Source: an uncultured Methanobacterium sp.
GTDB lineage: Archaea > Methanobacteriota > Methanobacteria > Methanobacteriales > Methanobacteriaceae
NCBI GenBank assembly: GCA_964508435.1
Contig: CAZDTW010000008.1
Location: 5,870-37,869 of the forward strand
DNA: 32,000 bases
Reading direction: 5' to 3'
Numbering within the stretch: position 1 is the first letter of the stretch; each line of letters opens with the position of its first letter. A model generated the notes under the pieces. The model ran no database searches. It was not told where the DNA came from and worked only from the letters and a program-made list of their open reading frames with translations. This document shows, one piece after another, positions 21,138 to 31,718 of the stretch. Position numbers and translations under genes: made by a program.

Positions 21138-21144
21138 AAAAAAA
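21138..21144 (-). terminator. Oligo-T tract downstream of the PepSY-like gene
   Basis: T7 on the minus strand, 13-19 nt after the stop codon at 21157-21159, in a convergent gap. Confidence 0.35.
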
Positions 21145-21156
21145 TAAAATAAGAGA

Positions 21157-21564
21157 TTAATACATGACAATCTCTTGTACTCCAAATACACTACCGGTTT
21201 CTCCATCCACTTTGATGTAGGCTACCACAGTTCCCACTGAATGTTGTCCTTCTTTGGTTACTACCACGGGAACGTAATATATGCCTCCTTTTAAAGAGGG
21301 TGTGCCTGCTTTAGTATTGGAGAATTGATCGGGATTGGAAGCCATGTAATCTGATGTAATGGATTTAGCCTTTGCTGCTGATATTTTAACCGATGTGGAC
21401 TGATTATCCTGCACCTGCTGCGAATTATCAGTGGTGGTAGTAGTGTTATTGGTAACATTTGTAGTGGCATTCTCTGTGGGTTGGCTTATCAAGAGGTAAA
21501 AAACAGCTCCCACTAGGAATATGACCACTACTACCAGTATCAGAATAATGCCTTTATAATTCAT
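21157..21564 (-). CDS. Membrane-anchored protein with a T/N-rich linker and a PepSY-like C-terminal domain
   Basis: 135 aa. The N-terminal TM helix is IILILVVVVIFLVGAVFYLLI. The linker NATTNVTNNTTTTTDNSQQVQDNQS carries multiple sequons. The C-terminus ISAAKAKSIT...GGIYYVPVV...VAYIKVDGETGSV resembles PepSY. GGAG lies upstream. Confidence 0.55.
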   Translation of the reverse strand: MNYKGIILILVVVVIFLVGAVFYLLISQPTENATTNVTNNTTTTTDNSQQVQDNQSTSVKISAAKAKSITSDYMASNPDQFSNTKAGTPSLKGGIYYVPVVVTKEGQHSVGTVVAYIKVDGETGSVFGVQEIVMY

Positions 21565-21709
21565 AGCATATCATCTCCTACTTATTTAATTTCTATATTT
21601 TTTATTAAATAAACTTTATTAAATAAATTTTTCTTTAAAGGGCTTAATTTGCCACTTAAACTGGATAAAAATAGTTATTAGAGTTTTTAATAATTTTTAT
21701 AATCAAATC

Positions 21710-21733
21710 AAAAAAGTTCAAATCAAAAAAAAA
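21710..21733 (-). terminator. Oligo-T archaeal terminator signals downstream of arfB
   Basis: The minus strand reads T9 (21725-21733) and T6 (21710-21715), 15-40 nt after the arfB stop codon (21748-21750). Confidence 0.45.
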
Positions 21734-21747
21734 CTGACAAATCGAGT

Positions 21748-22449
21748 TCAAACATCTATCAAAATCTCTATATCTTCTACCGCAGCACGGATAGCATCTT
21801 CCAGTAGAGATTTGCCCAGTTCAGAGTCCACCTGGATATCTTTGCCCGTTGCTTCTTTTGCCCCACTATCGATTCCCTTATCGGCATTTCTAGCTTCTTC
21901 AAGCCCAATCATGCAAAATTCAGGATACTTTTTCACGTTGACATGTTCTTCCAGGCTGTCATGATCCAGAATTCCCAGAAAATTCCCCATGGATAGTTCT
22001 CCAGTCCCGGCATGCGGACCCTCAATCTCGACGACACGATTGTTAAAAAGGATATGGAGTCCCAGATCCTCTTCAACATCCTTGAGATACTTCTTGATTG
22101 GCAGGTTTCCTCCATGTCCGTTGATGAGTATGATTTTCTCTAGTTCCAGATACTTTTTAGCGGAACGTAGGGTGGGTTTGAGGTGTTTTTCCACCAGTTC
22201 CAGGGGTTCCATGTGTACGCCGTGTTTAACGTAACTGTATTCAGCAGCAGCATATAATATGCCTAAAAAGACAGCTCCAGTTCGTAGAGATGCCTGTAAC
22301 GCAATAAAAGCTGCTATTTTTGAGTCAGTATCGATTGGTAGTGCTGCTCCGTGGTTTTCAAGGTGTGAACCAAGGGCTAATACTCCTATTTTATGCACGT
22401 CCGGTGATACAACGTTTCCTGAAGAATATCTCAGTTCTACCATGTTCAT
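21748..22449 (-). CDS. arfB: Creatininase-family amidohydrolase, probable 2-amino-5-formylamino-6-ribosylaminopyrimidin-4(3H)-one 5'-monophosphate deformylase
   Basis: 233 aa with creatininase-fold motifs [17 protein letters not shown] and INGHGGN. The size and archaeal context fit ArfB. SD spacing (AAGG) favours an alternative start at ATG 22443. Confidence 0.6.
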   Translation of the reverse strand: MNMVELRYSSGNVVSPDVHKIGVLALGSHLENHGAALPIDTDSKIAAFIALQASLRTGAVFLGILYAAAEYSYVKHGVHMEPLELVEKHLKPTLRSAKKYLELEKIILINGHGGNLPIKKYLKDVEEDLGLHILFNNRVVEIEGPHAGTGELSMGNFLGILDHDSLEEHVNVKKYPEFCMIGLEEARNADKGIDSGAKEATGKDIQVDSELGKSLLEDAIRAAVEDIEILIDV

Positions 22450-22506
22450 ACCTTAAATACGTTTTTTTAGTCTTTAGATTTTAGTCTTAGAAACATCAAG
22501 ATCACT

Positions 22507-22983
22507 TTAAACTTCTAAATTCCAGATCTTATCTCCAACATAGTGCAGTGTCTTCACGGCCTTACCATGCTGGTTTTTTACCATTTCTTCTCCAGAAATC
22601 AGGGCACTACCGATGGATAAAGGTTTTTGGTGGGTTTCTTCAATGATTACTACGATGTCACCTTCTTTTATTTGAGGGTCAGCTTCCACGATACCTGGTG
22701 ACATAACATCTGCGCCTTTAGCAACGAATTTTACGGCACCCATATCCACTACTACGTAATGAGATTCTAGGGAACGGTTTAGAACTCCTTTAAGGGCAGG
22801 ATAAGGTTCTCCATCAAGTATCATTATTAGAGGCTTACCATCTACTAATATAAGGTCCTCCACATCGGTTTCTAGCATTTCTATCTGTGCTCCGGCTGGT
22901 AGGAGGTCAGAGTAAATACCAAGTTTTTCCTTTACCTTTTTAAGGTTTTTCTTTTTAAGGTGGTAACGCTTTTTTATTCTCAA
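22507..22983 (-). CDS. PUA-domain RNA-binding protein
   Basis: 158 aa. TTG start at 22983, with GAGGTG 7 nt upstream. The C-terminal PUA-like segment is [39 protein letters not shown]. Confidence 0.7.
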   Translation of the reverse strand: MRIKKRYHLKKKNLKKVKEKLGIYSDLLPAGAQIEMLETDVEDLILVDGKPLIMILDGEPYPALKGVLNRSLESHYVVVDMGAVKFVAKGADVMSPGIVEADPQIKEGDIVVIIEETHQKPLSIGSALISGEEMVKNQHGKAVKTLHYVGDKIWNLEV

Positions 22984-23019
22984 ATAACAAACACCTCATT
23001 AGCTTTTCTCCTCTATTAA

Positions 23020-23337
<318 letters not shown>

Positions 23338-23392
23338 ATTTTTACATTTTATCGGGAGGAAGAATTGTATTAATTTTAACTGGAGGTAAATA

Positions 23393-23575
23393 ATGAAAGG
23401 TACACCCTCATTTGGTAAGCGTAATAAAAAAACCCATATACGATGCCGTAGATGTGGTAAAAACTCTTACAATGCCAGGAAAAAGTTCTGTGCTGCTTGT
23501 GGATTTGGAAGATCCAGTAGAATACGCACTTACAACTGGCAAAACAAGAAGATTAATGGATATAGGTTGAAATAG
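23393..23575 (+). CDS. rpl37e: 50S ribosomal protein L37e
   Basis: 60 aa: [26 protein letters not shown]...CAACG (C4 zinc ribbon). GGAGGT lies 7 nt upstream. Confidence 0.95.
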   Translation: MKGTPSFGKRNKKTHIRCRRCGKNSYNARKKFCAACGFGRSSRIRTYNWQNKKINGYRLK

Positions 23576-24466
23576 ATGGACATGAGAAACCCCATCGACG
23601 TGCGCATCATCGTGGAAGGAGCTTCTGACGTGGAAAATGTCTCCCGGGCTTTGCAGAATATTGCCCTGGGGGCAGAGTACCACATCACCATTTCCTCCAT
23701 TGTACCCACCACCAGTCCTGAAATTGCCAAGAAGGCGGTTAGTGGGGCTGACATAGTATTAATAGCTACTGATGTAGACGCACCGGGCAGGGAACTGGCT
23801 GAAAAATTCCAGAAAACTCTCCGGGGAGAGGTGGGACATGTAGAACGCATGAAACTACCCTTCGGGCATGATGTTGAATACATCGATCCAGCACTTATCC
23901 GTCGGGAGATAAAAAACGCCATTATTCGTTCGGGACTCATCGCCATTGCCAATATTAACCGTTTTCAGGATGTTAAAGATAAACTGCATCGATCTGAAGG
24001 CACAATAAAAGAAATTCAAAAAGAGAATGAAGAACTTTCACTAATAAATGAAAAACTGGTTTCTCAAAACCAGGAATTATCATCCTCCCAGGAAATCTTG
24101 GAATCCAAGTTAACAACCTTGAAGGATGAATTTAAGGTTTTAAAGCAGAAATATGCGGATATGAAAAACAAATACAGCATGCTGCTTAATAAAAACCTTT
24201 TTGAAACTTTTTCTATACAAAAACTCTGGAAAGAAGAATTTAATGAAGATTTAACTGTAGAAGAACAAGTTATCTTCATCACCAGTGAATTCAAGCCTGA
24301 AAATGTCCTGATGGGTCAGGGCTACATTGCTGCACCCTCCAAAAAAGAAGCAATAGAATGGTTGAAGGTTATTCGCACGGTATTGATTTTTTATGACTCT
24401 AAACTTGAGGATCTTAAGGAAGAAATGGGGGAAGATAAACTCAGCCTTCACCTTCTTAAGGAATAA
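23576..24466 (+). CDS. Toprim-domain protein with a central coiled coil, function unknown
   Basis: Toprim catalytic Glu in [12 protein letters not shown] and the DxD motif in [15 protein letters not shown]. Heptad-rich segment at about aa 133-210 (nt 23972-24205). The ATG immediately follows the rpl37e TAG stop. Confidence 0.7.
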   Translation: MDMRNPIDVRIIVEGASDVENVSRALQNIALGAEYHITISSIVPTTSPEIAKKAVSGADIVLIATDVDAPGRELAEKFQKTLRGEVGHVERMKLPFGHDVEYIDPALIRREIKNAIIRSGLIAIANINRFQDVKDKLHRSEGTIKEIQKENEELSLINEKLVSQNQELSSSQEILESKLTTLKDEFKVLKQKYADMKNKYSMLLNKNLFETFSIQKLWKEEFNEDLTVEEQVIFITSEFKPENVLMGQGYIAAPSKKEAIEWLKVIRTVLIFYDSKLEDLKEEMGEDKLSLHLLKE

Positions 24467-24523
24467 TTTAGGATCCATATTAATTCTACCAGGTAGTATG
24501 CATTAGTATCGGGAGAACTTGAA

Positions 24524-25927
24524 GTGCAAGATAAGTGTGGTATTGTAGGTGCTTATTCTCTTAATAAGTCGAAAAATGTATCTAGAGATATTTATTACGG
24601 ACTCTACGCCCTGCAACATCGAGGACAGGAGTCAGCAGGCATATCATCCCATAATGGTAGACAAATGTGCACTTATCGGGGGATGGGATTGGTCTGTGAT
24701 GTTTTTAACAATGGAAACGTGGAAGAACTGAAAGGTCATGTGGGAATTGGACACGTGCGTTACTCTACTACTGGTAAATCCCTTTTAGAAAATTCTCAAC
24801 CTTTTATGACGGAATTTAATTTCGGAAAAATTTCGGTGGCTCACAACGGGGATATAATCAACTCTCCAGAGCTTCGAAAAGAGTTGGAGAAAAAGGGGAT
24901 CGAGTTTTACTCCACCACAGACTCGGAGGTGTTGTGTCATCTGTTAACCGAGGATTACCAGAACACTGGAAATATGGTGGATTCGATTAAAAACGTATCA
25001 AAGCGCCTTTTGGGATCTTACTCCCTGACTATCCTGTTAAATGATGATCTGATAGTGGTTCGAGATCCTATCGGTATAAAACCACTGTCTATGGGGGAAA
25101 TAAATCAGACCACCCTGGTGGCCTCTGAAACTGTTGCTTTTGATGCTATAGGTGCTAATTATGTTCGGGATGTAGAGCCTGGTGAAATACTACTTATTAA
25201 TGACGAAATTAAGAGTTATCAGATGCATAGGGATAAAAATACTCCAAGGGCACACTGTATGTTCGAATACGTTTATTTCGCCCGTCCAGATAGTATCTTA
25301 GACGGCCGTTCAGTCTACGACGTGAGGCTGAATATTGGAAAATCCCTGGCCCAACAGTACCCGGTGGAGGCGGATGTGGTTATGCCCGTTCCTGACTCAG
25401 CCATCACTGCAGCCATAGGATATTCACGGGAATCAGGATTACTCTATGGTGAAGGTCTTATAAAAAACCGTTACGTGGGGCGAACTTTCATAATGCCCAC
25501 CCAGGAAGAACGAGAAAATTCGGTTCGTCTTAAAATGAACCCTATACGTTCCGAACTGGAGGGTAAACGTATTGTAATAGTGGATGATAGCATTGTCAGG
25601 GGAACCACTTCCAAAGCCCTGGTGGATGTAATACGTGATGCAGGAGTGGAAGAAATACATCTCCGCATTGGATGTCCACCCATCATCTCCCCCTGCTATT
25701 ATGGCATTGCCATGGCCACCAAAAAAGAACTAATTGCCTCGGACAAGAAGGTAGAAGAAATCAGGAAAATTCTGGGAGTTGACTCCCTGGGATATTTAAG
25801 TGCAGAGGCCCTGGTTGAGTGTATTGGTATTAAGAAAGATGAATTGTGTATGGGCTGTTTAACTGGAGACTACCCCACCGATTTGCCTGATAATATAGAA
25901 GATTACGAGTCTTGTCGCTGTTGTTAG
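24524..25927 (+). CDS. purF: Amidophosphoribosyltransferase
   Basis: GTG start with a short propeptide before CGIVGAY. PRPP loop [14 protein letters not shown]-terminal Cys residues are consistent with a 4Fe-4S type PurF. GGGAGA lies upstream. Confidence 0.9.
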   Translation: MQDKCGIVGAYSLNKSKNVSRDIYYGLYALQHRGQESAGISSHNGRQMCTYRGMGLVCDVFNNGNVEELKGHVGIGHVRYSTTGKSLLENSQPFMTEFNFGKISVAHNGDIINSPELRKELEKKGIEFYSTTDSEVLCHLLTEDYQNTGNMVDSIKNVSKRLLGSYSLTILLNDDLIVVRDPIGIKPLSMGEINQTTLVASETVAFDAIGANYVRDVEPGEILLINDEIKSYQMHRDKNTPRAHCMFEYVYFARPDSILDGRSVYDVRLNIGKSLAQQYPVEADVVMPVPDSAITAAIGYSRESGLLYGEGLIKNRYVGRTFIMPTQEERENSVRLKMNPIRSELEGKRIVIVDDSIVRGTTSKALVDVIRDAGVEEIHLRIGCPPIISPCYYGIAMATKKELIASDKKVEEIRKILGVDSLGYLSAEALVECIGIKKDELCMGCLTGDYPTDLPDNIEDYESCRCC

Positions 25928-26127
25928 GTTTTTACAATTGTTTATTAATTGGGTTAAGGTAATTTTAGAATGGTACTTGGTACTGTGATGCACATTTTTG
26001 ATCAATAAAGTATATATCTTTCCTATCTAAAATTATGAATGTTAAGAATCATTAATCTTCATAACTATGGTCCTAATAAATATTATTAGATTAAAACGTT
26101 AAGTTATAAGATAAATGCTGGAATTCG

Positions 26128-28191
26128 ATGATCGATAAAAAAGGGGAAAATACACCTGAAACACCATCTAACAGTCATTTAAAAGGGAAATATTGTCATG
26201 AACCCGATGGCGAAGAATTATTATATTCTAGAGAAATTTTTTCGGATATTATTAAGTTCCTCCCTGACGCTACTTTTGTAATAAATTCTGCTGGTGCTGT
26301 TATTGTCTGGAACCAGGCCATGGGAGAGTTAACAGATGTTAGAGCAGAATATATTTTGGGTAAACGTAATTATGAATATTCCTTACCGTTTTATGGTAAA
26401 AGAAGACCTATTCTGATTGATCAGGTGTTTAAATTAGAATCCCAAGTGGCGCGTAAGTATCAGAAATTCAGAAGGAAGGATGAGGCCATCACTGCAGAAG
26501 TTTTTATTCCCAAACTTAAGGGTAAGCCTACTTATTTGTGGGGGAAAGCTGCTCCACTATATAATAAACAGGGAGAGATTGTTGGTGCCATTGAATCCAT
26601 AAGGGACATCACCGCTATGAAACAAGCCGAAGGAGAGATCAACAGATATCAGGATCATCTGGAGGAACTGGTGGAAAAACGCACTTCCGAGTTAAGAAAC
26701 AGTGAAAAAAAGCTTAAGGACATAATTCACGGTTCTCCTATCCCTACCTTTGTTATTAACCGAAATCATCAAGTAATATACTGGAATCATGCATTGGAAG
26801 AATTCACTAAAATTAGGGCTGAGGAGATAATTGGCACCAAAGATCATTACCGGTTATTTTACAGTAATAAAAGGCCATGTTTGGCTGATTTGTTGGTGGA
26901 AGATGATATAGAAGATATTGAATGCTGGTACTCCGGAAATTATGAGAAATCTAAACTGATAGAAGAAGCTTACCAAGTAACTGACTTTTTCCCGCTTCTG
27001 GGAAAGGATGGCAAATGGCTCACCTCCACCACAGCAGTGATCAAAGATGTTAAGGGGAAAATCATTGGGGCCATGACTGTCCTTGAAGATATAACTCAAC
27101 GCCGACTGACTGAGGACGCTTTGCAGAAGTCTGAGTCCAAGTACCGGACCATATTTGAGAACACCGGCACGGCCACAGTTCTCATCGAAGAAGACACCTC
27201 TCTATCCCTGGTAAACTCTGAGTTTGTAAGATTAACCGGTTTTTCCCGGCAAGAAGCTGAAGGGGAAAGCTGGATAGAATTTGTTCACGAAGATGATCGG
27301 GATAGAATGATTAAATATCATCTATCCAGAACACTGGGCTCCAAAATTATCCCTCAAAACTATGAATTCAGGTTTTTAAGGAAAGATAGTTCTATAGGAG
27401 AGGGATATATAACCATCGAGAATATACCTGGAACTTCCCAAAGAGTAGCATCCATTATGGATATCACCGACCGCAAGAAGTCAGAAAAGGAGTTGCAGGA
27501 ACTCAATGACAAATTAAGAAAGTCTAACGTTGAATTGGAACAATTTGCTTCCACCGCTGCCCATGACCTGCAGGAACCACTGCGCATGATAATAAGTTTT
27601 TTGAAACTATTGGAGCGACGTAATCGGAACAAATTAGATCCCCAAGCCCATAAATTTATCGAATTTGCGTCTGATGGGGCTATTCGGATGCAAACGATGA
27701 TTAACGAACTTTTAACCTATTCCCGGCTCACCACCAGGGAGAATCAATTGGAGGATGTTGATTGCCAGAAAATACTGGATCAGGTTTTAATGAATCTTAA
27801 AGTGGCCATAGATGAAAGTGGAGCAGAGATCACAACTGATCATCTACCCGTAGTAACTGCTGATTACTCACAACTATTACAACTCTTTCAGAATCTGATA
27901 AGTAACTCCCTCAAATATCGTGGTCAAGATAAACCCAAAATCCATATTTCAGCCCAAAAAGAGTATAAAAAATGGCTTTTTGCCGTGGAAGACAATGGTA
28001 TTGGGATAGATCCAAATAATACTGAGCAGATTTTCATGATCTTCAAGAGACTGCATCGGGCCGAGTATCATGGTACTGGGATGGGGCTGGCCATTTGCAA
28101 GAAAATTGTAGAAAGACATGGAGGGCGGATGTGGGTGGATTCCAAAATAGGAGAAGGATCTAAATTTTATTTTACTATTCCTGAAAAATAA
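26128..28191 (+). CDS. Cytoplasmic sensor histidine kinase with three PAS domains
   Basis: 687 aa with no TM segment. PAS1 and PAS2 are paralogous (VIVWNQAMGELT / VIYWNHALEEFT), and PAS3 is YRTIFENTGTATVLIEED. H-box STAAHDLQEPLR, N-box NLISNSLKY, G1 EDNGIGI, G2 GTGMGLAICKKIV. The start codon has no SD, so the start is uncertain. Confidence 0.85.
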   Translation: MIDKKGENTPETPSNSHLKGKYCHEPDGEELLYSREIFSDIIKFLPDATFVINSAGAVIVWNQAMGELTDVRAEYILGKRNYEYSLPFYGKRRPILIDQVFKLESQVARKYQKFRRKDEAITAEVFIPKLKGKPTYLWGKAAPLYNKQGEIVGAIESIRDITAMKQAEGEINRYQDHLEELVEKRTSELRNSEKKLKDIIHGSPIPTFVINRNHQVIYWNHALEEFTKIRAEEIIGTKDHYRLFYSNKRPCLADLLVEDDIEDIECWYSGNYEKSKLIEEAYQVTDFFPLLGKDGKWLTSTTAVIKDVKGKIIGAMTVLEDITQRRLTEDALQKSESKYRTIFENTGTATVLIEEDTSLSLVNSEFVRLTGFSRQEAEGESWIEFVHEDDRDRMIKYHLSRTLGSKIIPQNYEFRFLRKDSSIGEGYITIENIPGTSQRVASIMDITDRKKSEKELQELNDKLRKSNVELEQFASTAAHDLQEPLRMIISFLKLLERRNRNKLDPQAHKFIEFASDGAIRMQTMINELLTYSRLTTRENQLEDVDCQKILDQVLMNLKVAIDESGAEITTDHLPVVTADYSQLLQLFQNLISNSLKYRGQDKPKIHISAQKEYKKWLFAVEDNGIGIDPNNTEQIFMIFKRLHRAEYHGTGMGLAICKKIVERHGGRMWVDSKIGEGSKFYFTIPEK

Positions 28192-28346
28192 AGGGGTATA
28201 ATTCATTTTCAGTCCAATTTTTTATGAATTTTAGAAACAAAGAATGCTTTAAAATGTTGGGACAACTATTTATTTTAAAACAGGATAATTAAACGTCTCC
28301 TGAGATACTTTTAGAATTAACCTTATAGTTGGAAGGTGATAAAATC

Positions 28347-29558
28347 GTGGAATTACTGGCCCCCGCACGGGATTTCCTGACCATGAGTGCCGCTATTAAC
28401 AATGGGGCTGATGCAGTTTATGTGGGCCTGGCAGGATACAATATGAGGGCTCACAATATGGGTTTCTCACTGGATGATTTGAAAAAGGCCGTGGGAAGCT
28501 CCCATGAATCTGGTGTGAAGATATACCTGTGCACCAACACCATCATGCGGGACAAAGATCTGGAGAATCTTAGAAAGATAATGCCAGAAATCAGTTCTTT
28601 AGGAGTGGACGCGTTAATTGCATCTGATCTGGGTGTTTTAAATCTGGCTCGAGAAGAAGGCCTGGATGTGCATCTGAGTGTTCAGGCCAATATCTCTAAT
28701 CTGGAATCTTTAAAACTACTCCATGAATTGGGGGTAGAAAGGGTGATACTCTCCCGGGAACTGTCCCTCGCTGAGATCAAGGAAATTGTACAGAAGAGTC
28801 CCCTGGAGGTGGAAGTTTTTATACACGGAGCCATGTGCCTGGCTATATCCGGAAGATGTTTCTTAAGTGCACATCTATACCAGAAAAGTGCTAACTGCGG
28901 GGAGTGCCTGCAACCCTGCCGCAGGGAATGGAAACTTACTTCAGACACTTCGGAACTTCTTATAGGAAAAAATGTTCCTGAAAATTCTGAAAAGGCTTCA
29001 AACATTGTTACTGGGCACCTACTAAGTCCAAGGGACCTTTGTATGGTGGAACACATACCTGAACTTATTGATGCTGGAATATCTTGCTTTAAGATTGAGG
29101 GAAGGGCCAGACCAGCTGAATATGTGGCCACTGTTACTCGGGTGTACCGGGAGGCCATAGACTGTTACCAAAGGGGTCAGTTGAAATTCGATGAAAGATG
29201 GTTGCAGGAACTTAAAAAGGTCTTTAACAGAGGATTTGACACGGGATTTTATTACAAAATTCCCCACCAGATCAGCACCTCTAACCAGGCTACTTACCGT
29301 AAAAAAGATGTTGGTGAAGTGGTCAATTATTACCAAAAGGCACAGGCCGCCGAGATAAGATTATGGAATAGTCTCCACAAAGGGGATGAAGTGATAATTC
29401 AGGGCCCAACCACGGGATCAGTGGTTCAAAAGGCAGGATCCTTACAGATACATGGAAAAAACATTCAAAAAGCTGGAAAAGGGGATAATGTTGGGCTACT
29501 GGTTAAAAACAGGGTGCGTCCTGGGGATATCATCTACAAACTTTATGAAAAATCATAA
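28347..29558 (+). CDS. Peptidase U32 family protein (probable Fe-S enzyme)
   Basis: The start is moved from TTG 28329 to GTG 28347, 7 nt after GGTGAT, giving the typical N-terminus MELLAPA...GADAVYVG. Cys motif C-x6-C-x15-C-x3-C at nt 28836-28919 ([28 protein letters not shown]). Confidence 0.8.
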   Translation: MELLAPARDFLTMSAAINNGADAVYVGLAGYNMRAHNMGFSLDDLKKAVGSSHESGVKIYLCTNTIMRDKDLENLRKIMPEISSLGVDALIASDLGVLNLAREEGLDVHLSVQANISNLESLKLLHELGVERVILSRELSLAEIKEIVQKSPLEVEVFIHGAMCLAISGRCFLSAHLYQKSANCGECLQPCRREWKLTSDTSELLIGKNVPENSEKASNIVTGHLLSPRDLCMVEHIPELIDAGISCFKIEGRARPAEYVATVTRVYREAIDCYQRGQLKFDERWLQELKKVFNRGFDTGFYYKIPHQISTSNQATYRKKDVGEVVNYYQKAQAAEIRLWNSLHKGDEVIIQGPTTGSVVQKAGSLQIHGKNIQKAGKGDNVGLLVKNRVRPGDIIYKLYEKS

Positions 29559-29591
29559 TAAACATTTATGGGATTTAAATCTAGTTTTATT

Positions 29592-29605
29592 GGGGGTTTT
29601 CCCCT
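29592..29605 (+). terminator. Short GC hairpin plus T-rich tract after the U32 gene
   Basis: GGGGG-TTTT-CCCC(T), about 35 nt after the stop codon, flanked by T-rich sequence. The stem is only 4-5 bp. Confidence 0.25.
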
Positions 29606-29748
29606 ATTTAAAAATTTATAACGCAAAAATAGAAAAAGAAATAATCCAATAAAAACTAATAGGATATAAAAATTTAATCTTAGGAAGTTAATCACACATT
29701 TTAGGTAAACCATACTTTTTAAAAAATGACAATGGAGATGGTCAGGTA

Positions 29749-30219
29749 ATGAAAATAGAAGATGCCATGCAAAAAGAGGTAATCAAATTCCAACCAGAAG
29801 ATAGAATTGTGGAAGTGGCAGAAAGCCTGCGGGATAATAAGATCAGTGGAGCACCCATAGTAAATAAAGAGGGCCAACTCGTAGGAATCATAAGCGAAGG
29901 TGATATCATGCGACTATTGGAGGTACACTCCCCCCGCATAAACCTGATTCTCCCTGCTCCCCTGGATCTTATCGAGTTACCAGTACGCATGAAATATGAG
30001 TTGGACGAAATTGCTGAAGATATGAATAAGGCTGCATCGGTGCTTATTGGAGAGATCATGACCACCAAGGTGATAACCATAGGTCCTGAAGCGGATTTAT
30101 CTGATGCCGCCCAACTAATGGATACTCATAATATTAACCGACTGCCGGTAGTGGATGAAAATGGTAAAATAATGGGCCTGGTGACCCGGGGCGACATCAT
30201 AGCCGCCATGGTGAGATGA
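29749..30219 (+). CDS. CBS-domain pair protein
   Basis: 156 aa with two CBS motifs ([23 protein letters not shown]; [23 protein letters not shown]) separated by an insert of about 40 aa. Confidence 0.85.
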   Translation: MKIEDAMQKEVIKFQPEDRIVEVAESLRDNKISGAPIVNKEGQLVGIISEGDIMRLLEVHSPRINLILPAPLDLIELPVRMKYELDEIAEDMNKAASVLIGEIMTTKVITIGPEADLSDAAQLMDTHNINRLPVVDENGKIMGLVTRGDIIAAMVR

Positions 30220-30220
30220 G

Positions 30221-31018
30221 ATGAAAAAGGCCCGGGGTATTGCCATTTATGGAAAGGGCGGTATTGGGAAATCTACAGTGGTCTCTAATCTGGCGGCAGC
30301 CTACTCCCTGGATGAAAAGGTAATGGTTATAGGCTGTGATCCCAAGGCCGATACCACTCGCACCCTGGTGGGAAGGCGCATTCCCACCATCCTGGATACC
30401 ATGCGTAAGAATAAGAATGCCTCAGCTGAGGATGTTTTATTCTCTGGTTATGGGGATGTCATCTGTGTGGAGAGCGGAGGGCCGGAGCCAGGTGTAGGCT
30501 GTGCTGGGCGGGGAGTAATTGTGGCCATGAGCCTCCTGGAAAGAATAGGAGCATTCGAGGAAGATCTGAACGTTATCATATACGATGTCCTGGGAGATGT
30601 GGTTTGCGGCGGATTTGCAGTTCCACTACGGGAGGAGTATGCTGAAGAAGTATATATAGTAACTTCCGGTGAATACATGGCACTTTACGCCGCTAATAAC
30701 ATATCAAAGGGTATAAAGAAACTTGAAGGGCGTTTAGGTGGCATAATCTGCAACTGTCGAGGAATAGACCGAGAAGAAGAGATGGTCAGGGAATTTGCAG
30801 AAAGAATAGGCTCCCAGGTGGTGGGACTCATACCCCGCAGTGATCTGGTACAGAAAAGTGAAATCAACGCCCAGACTGTGCTGGAAAAGTTTCCAGAATC
30901 AGAACAGGCCCAGACTTACCGTCAACTAGCAGCATCCATTCTGAATAACCATAAATTCGTAGTACCTGAACCTATGGAAGTGGAGGAATTTGAGAGATTT
31001 TTCCTCCAGTTTAACTAA
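30221..31018 (+). CDS. cfbC: NifH-like ATPase, probable Ni-sirohydrochlorin a,c-diamide reductive cyclase component (F430 biosynthesis)
   Basis: 265 aa. P-loop GKGGIGKST and cluster ligands in GCAGRG and VCGGFA. No nifD, nifK or nifI neighbours. GGTGA lies 6 nt upstream, inside the end of the CBS gene. Confidence 0.7.
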   Translation: MKKARGIAIYGKGGIGKSTVVSNLAAAYSLDEKVMVIGCDPKADTTRTLVGRRIPTILDTMRKNKNASAEDVLFSGYGDVICVESGGPEPGVGCAGRGVIVAMSLLERIGAFEEDLNVIIYDVLGDVVCGGFAVPLREEYAEEVYIVTSGEYMALYAANNISKGIKKLEGRLGGIICNCRGIDREEEMVREFAERIGSQVVGLIPRSDLVQKSEINAQTVLEKFPESEQAQTYRQLAASILNNHKFVVPEPMEVEEFERFFLQFN

Positions 31019-31098
31019 CCGTTTGAAAAATTGACTTTTGGTTCATCACCAATTAGGGGTTTAAATGGATAATTGTAGCATGGATTGGGACCTGATTC

Positions 31099-31581
31099 TT
31101 AAGAACGGTCTAAATTATTTTTAGACTTTAAATTGTCGAGATATTCAAGTTTTTCATGTTTCTGTCCCAGCACTTCAAAAGCGTTTTGGCAGACATCCCA
31201 GGCGTCGTCACAGTTTTCAAAATAAAAAAGATGGGATGGGCACTGGCAATCAGAAGAACCAAATCCTGAGATGCCCATGTATTTTTCTGATATTTCCTGA
31301 GCCACCTTACATTCTAGGCGCTCTTTGGTTAGGGTGAATATCACATCCACTATTTCTGCATTTGAATTTTTAAGTAAATAGTCAATATGCCAGTGTAATT
31401 TTTTTTCATCACTTAAATGTCGTTTTATACGGGCCTCCAGGGAATTCAAGGCAGAGCCCACATAAACGTAACAGCCTTCTTGGAAGAAGATTTTTCCTTT
31501 CCTCCCAATCTGGATACTGGATTTCTCTTTCAAATTAATTATCAGACAATAAACGCCTGTTAGGGGCGGATTTAGTTTCAT
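31099..31581 (-). CDS. GIY-YIG (Uri superfamily, DUF123-like) putative endonuclease
   Basis: 160 aa with GVYCLIINL, GCYVYVGSA, LEARIKRH, KLHWHIDYL, and a Cys/His patch SSDCQCPSHLFYF. Confidence 0.65.
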   Translation of the reverse strand: MKLNPPLTGVYCLIINLKEKSSIQIGRKGKIFFQEGCYVYVGSALNSLEARIKRHLSDEKKLHWHIDYLLKNSNAEIVDVIFTLTKERLECKVAQEISEKYMGISGFGSSDCQCPSHLFYFENCDDAWDVCQNAFEVLGQKHEKLEYLDNLKSKNNLDRS

Positions 31582-31630
31582 GGTGCTTATTAATTCGTTA
31601 TTGTAACTTTTTTAAGGGTATAGCCTACAT

Positions 31631-31640
31631 TTTTATATAT
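31631..31640. promoter_or_regulatory. TATA-box-like element in the divergent DUF123/DUF371 intergenic region
   Basis: TTTTATATAT is a near-consensus methanogen TATA box, positioned so that it could serve either divergent gene. Confidence 0.3.
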
Positions 31641-31718
31641 GGTTTCTAAAAACTTAGTTATCTATTGATTAAATAACTTAAAAAAAATATTATTTATACA
31701 ATGAAGGAGTTTTATATC

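Noticed and set aside
25928-28346. Histidine-kinase locus as a mobile insertion.
   Set aside because: No integrase, transposase, flanking direct or inverted repeats, or tRNA target was seen. Only long AT-rich spacers are present (the TGGTACT x2 at 25970-25983 is trivial).
30221-31018. NifH-like gene as a true nitrogenase Fe protein marking a nif cluster.
   Set aside because: No nifD, nifK, nifI1, nifI2, nifE or nifN is adjacent. The short 265-aa protein, coupled to a CBS gene, fits the group IV NifH-like (CfbC) class better. A phylogeny is needed for certainty.
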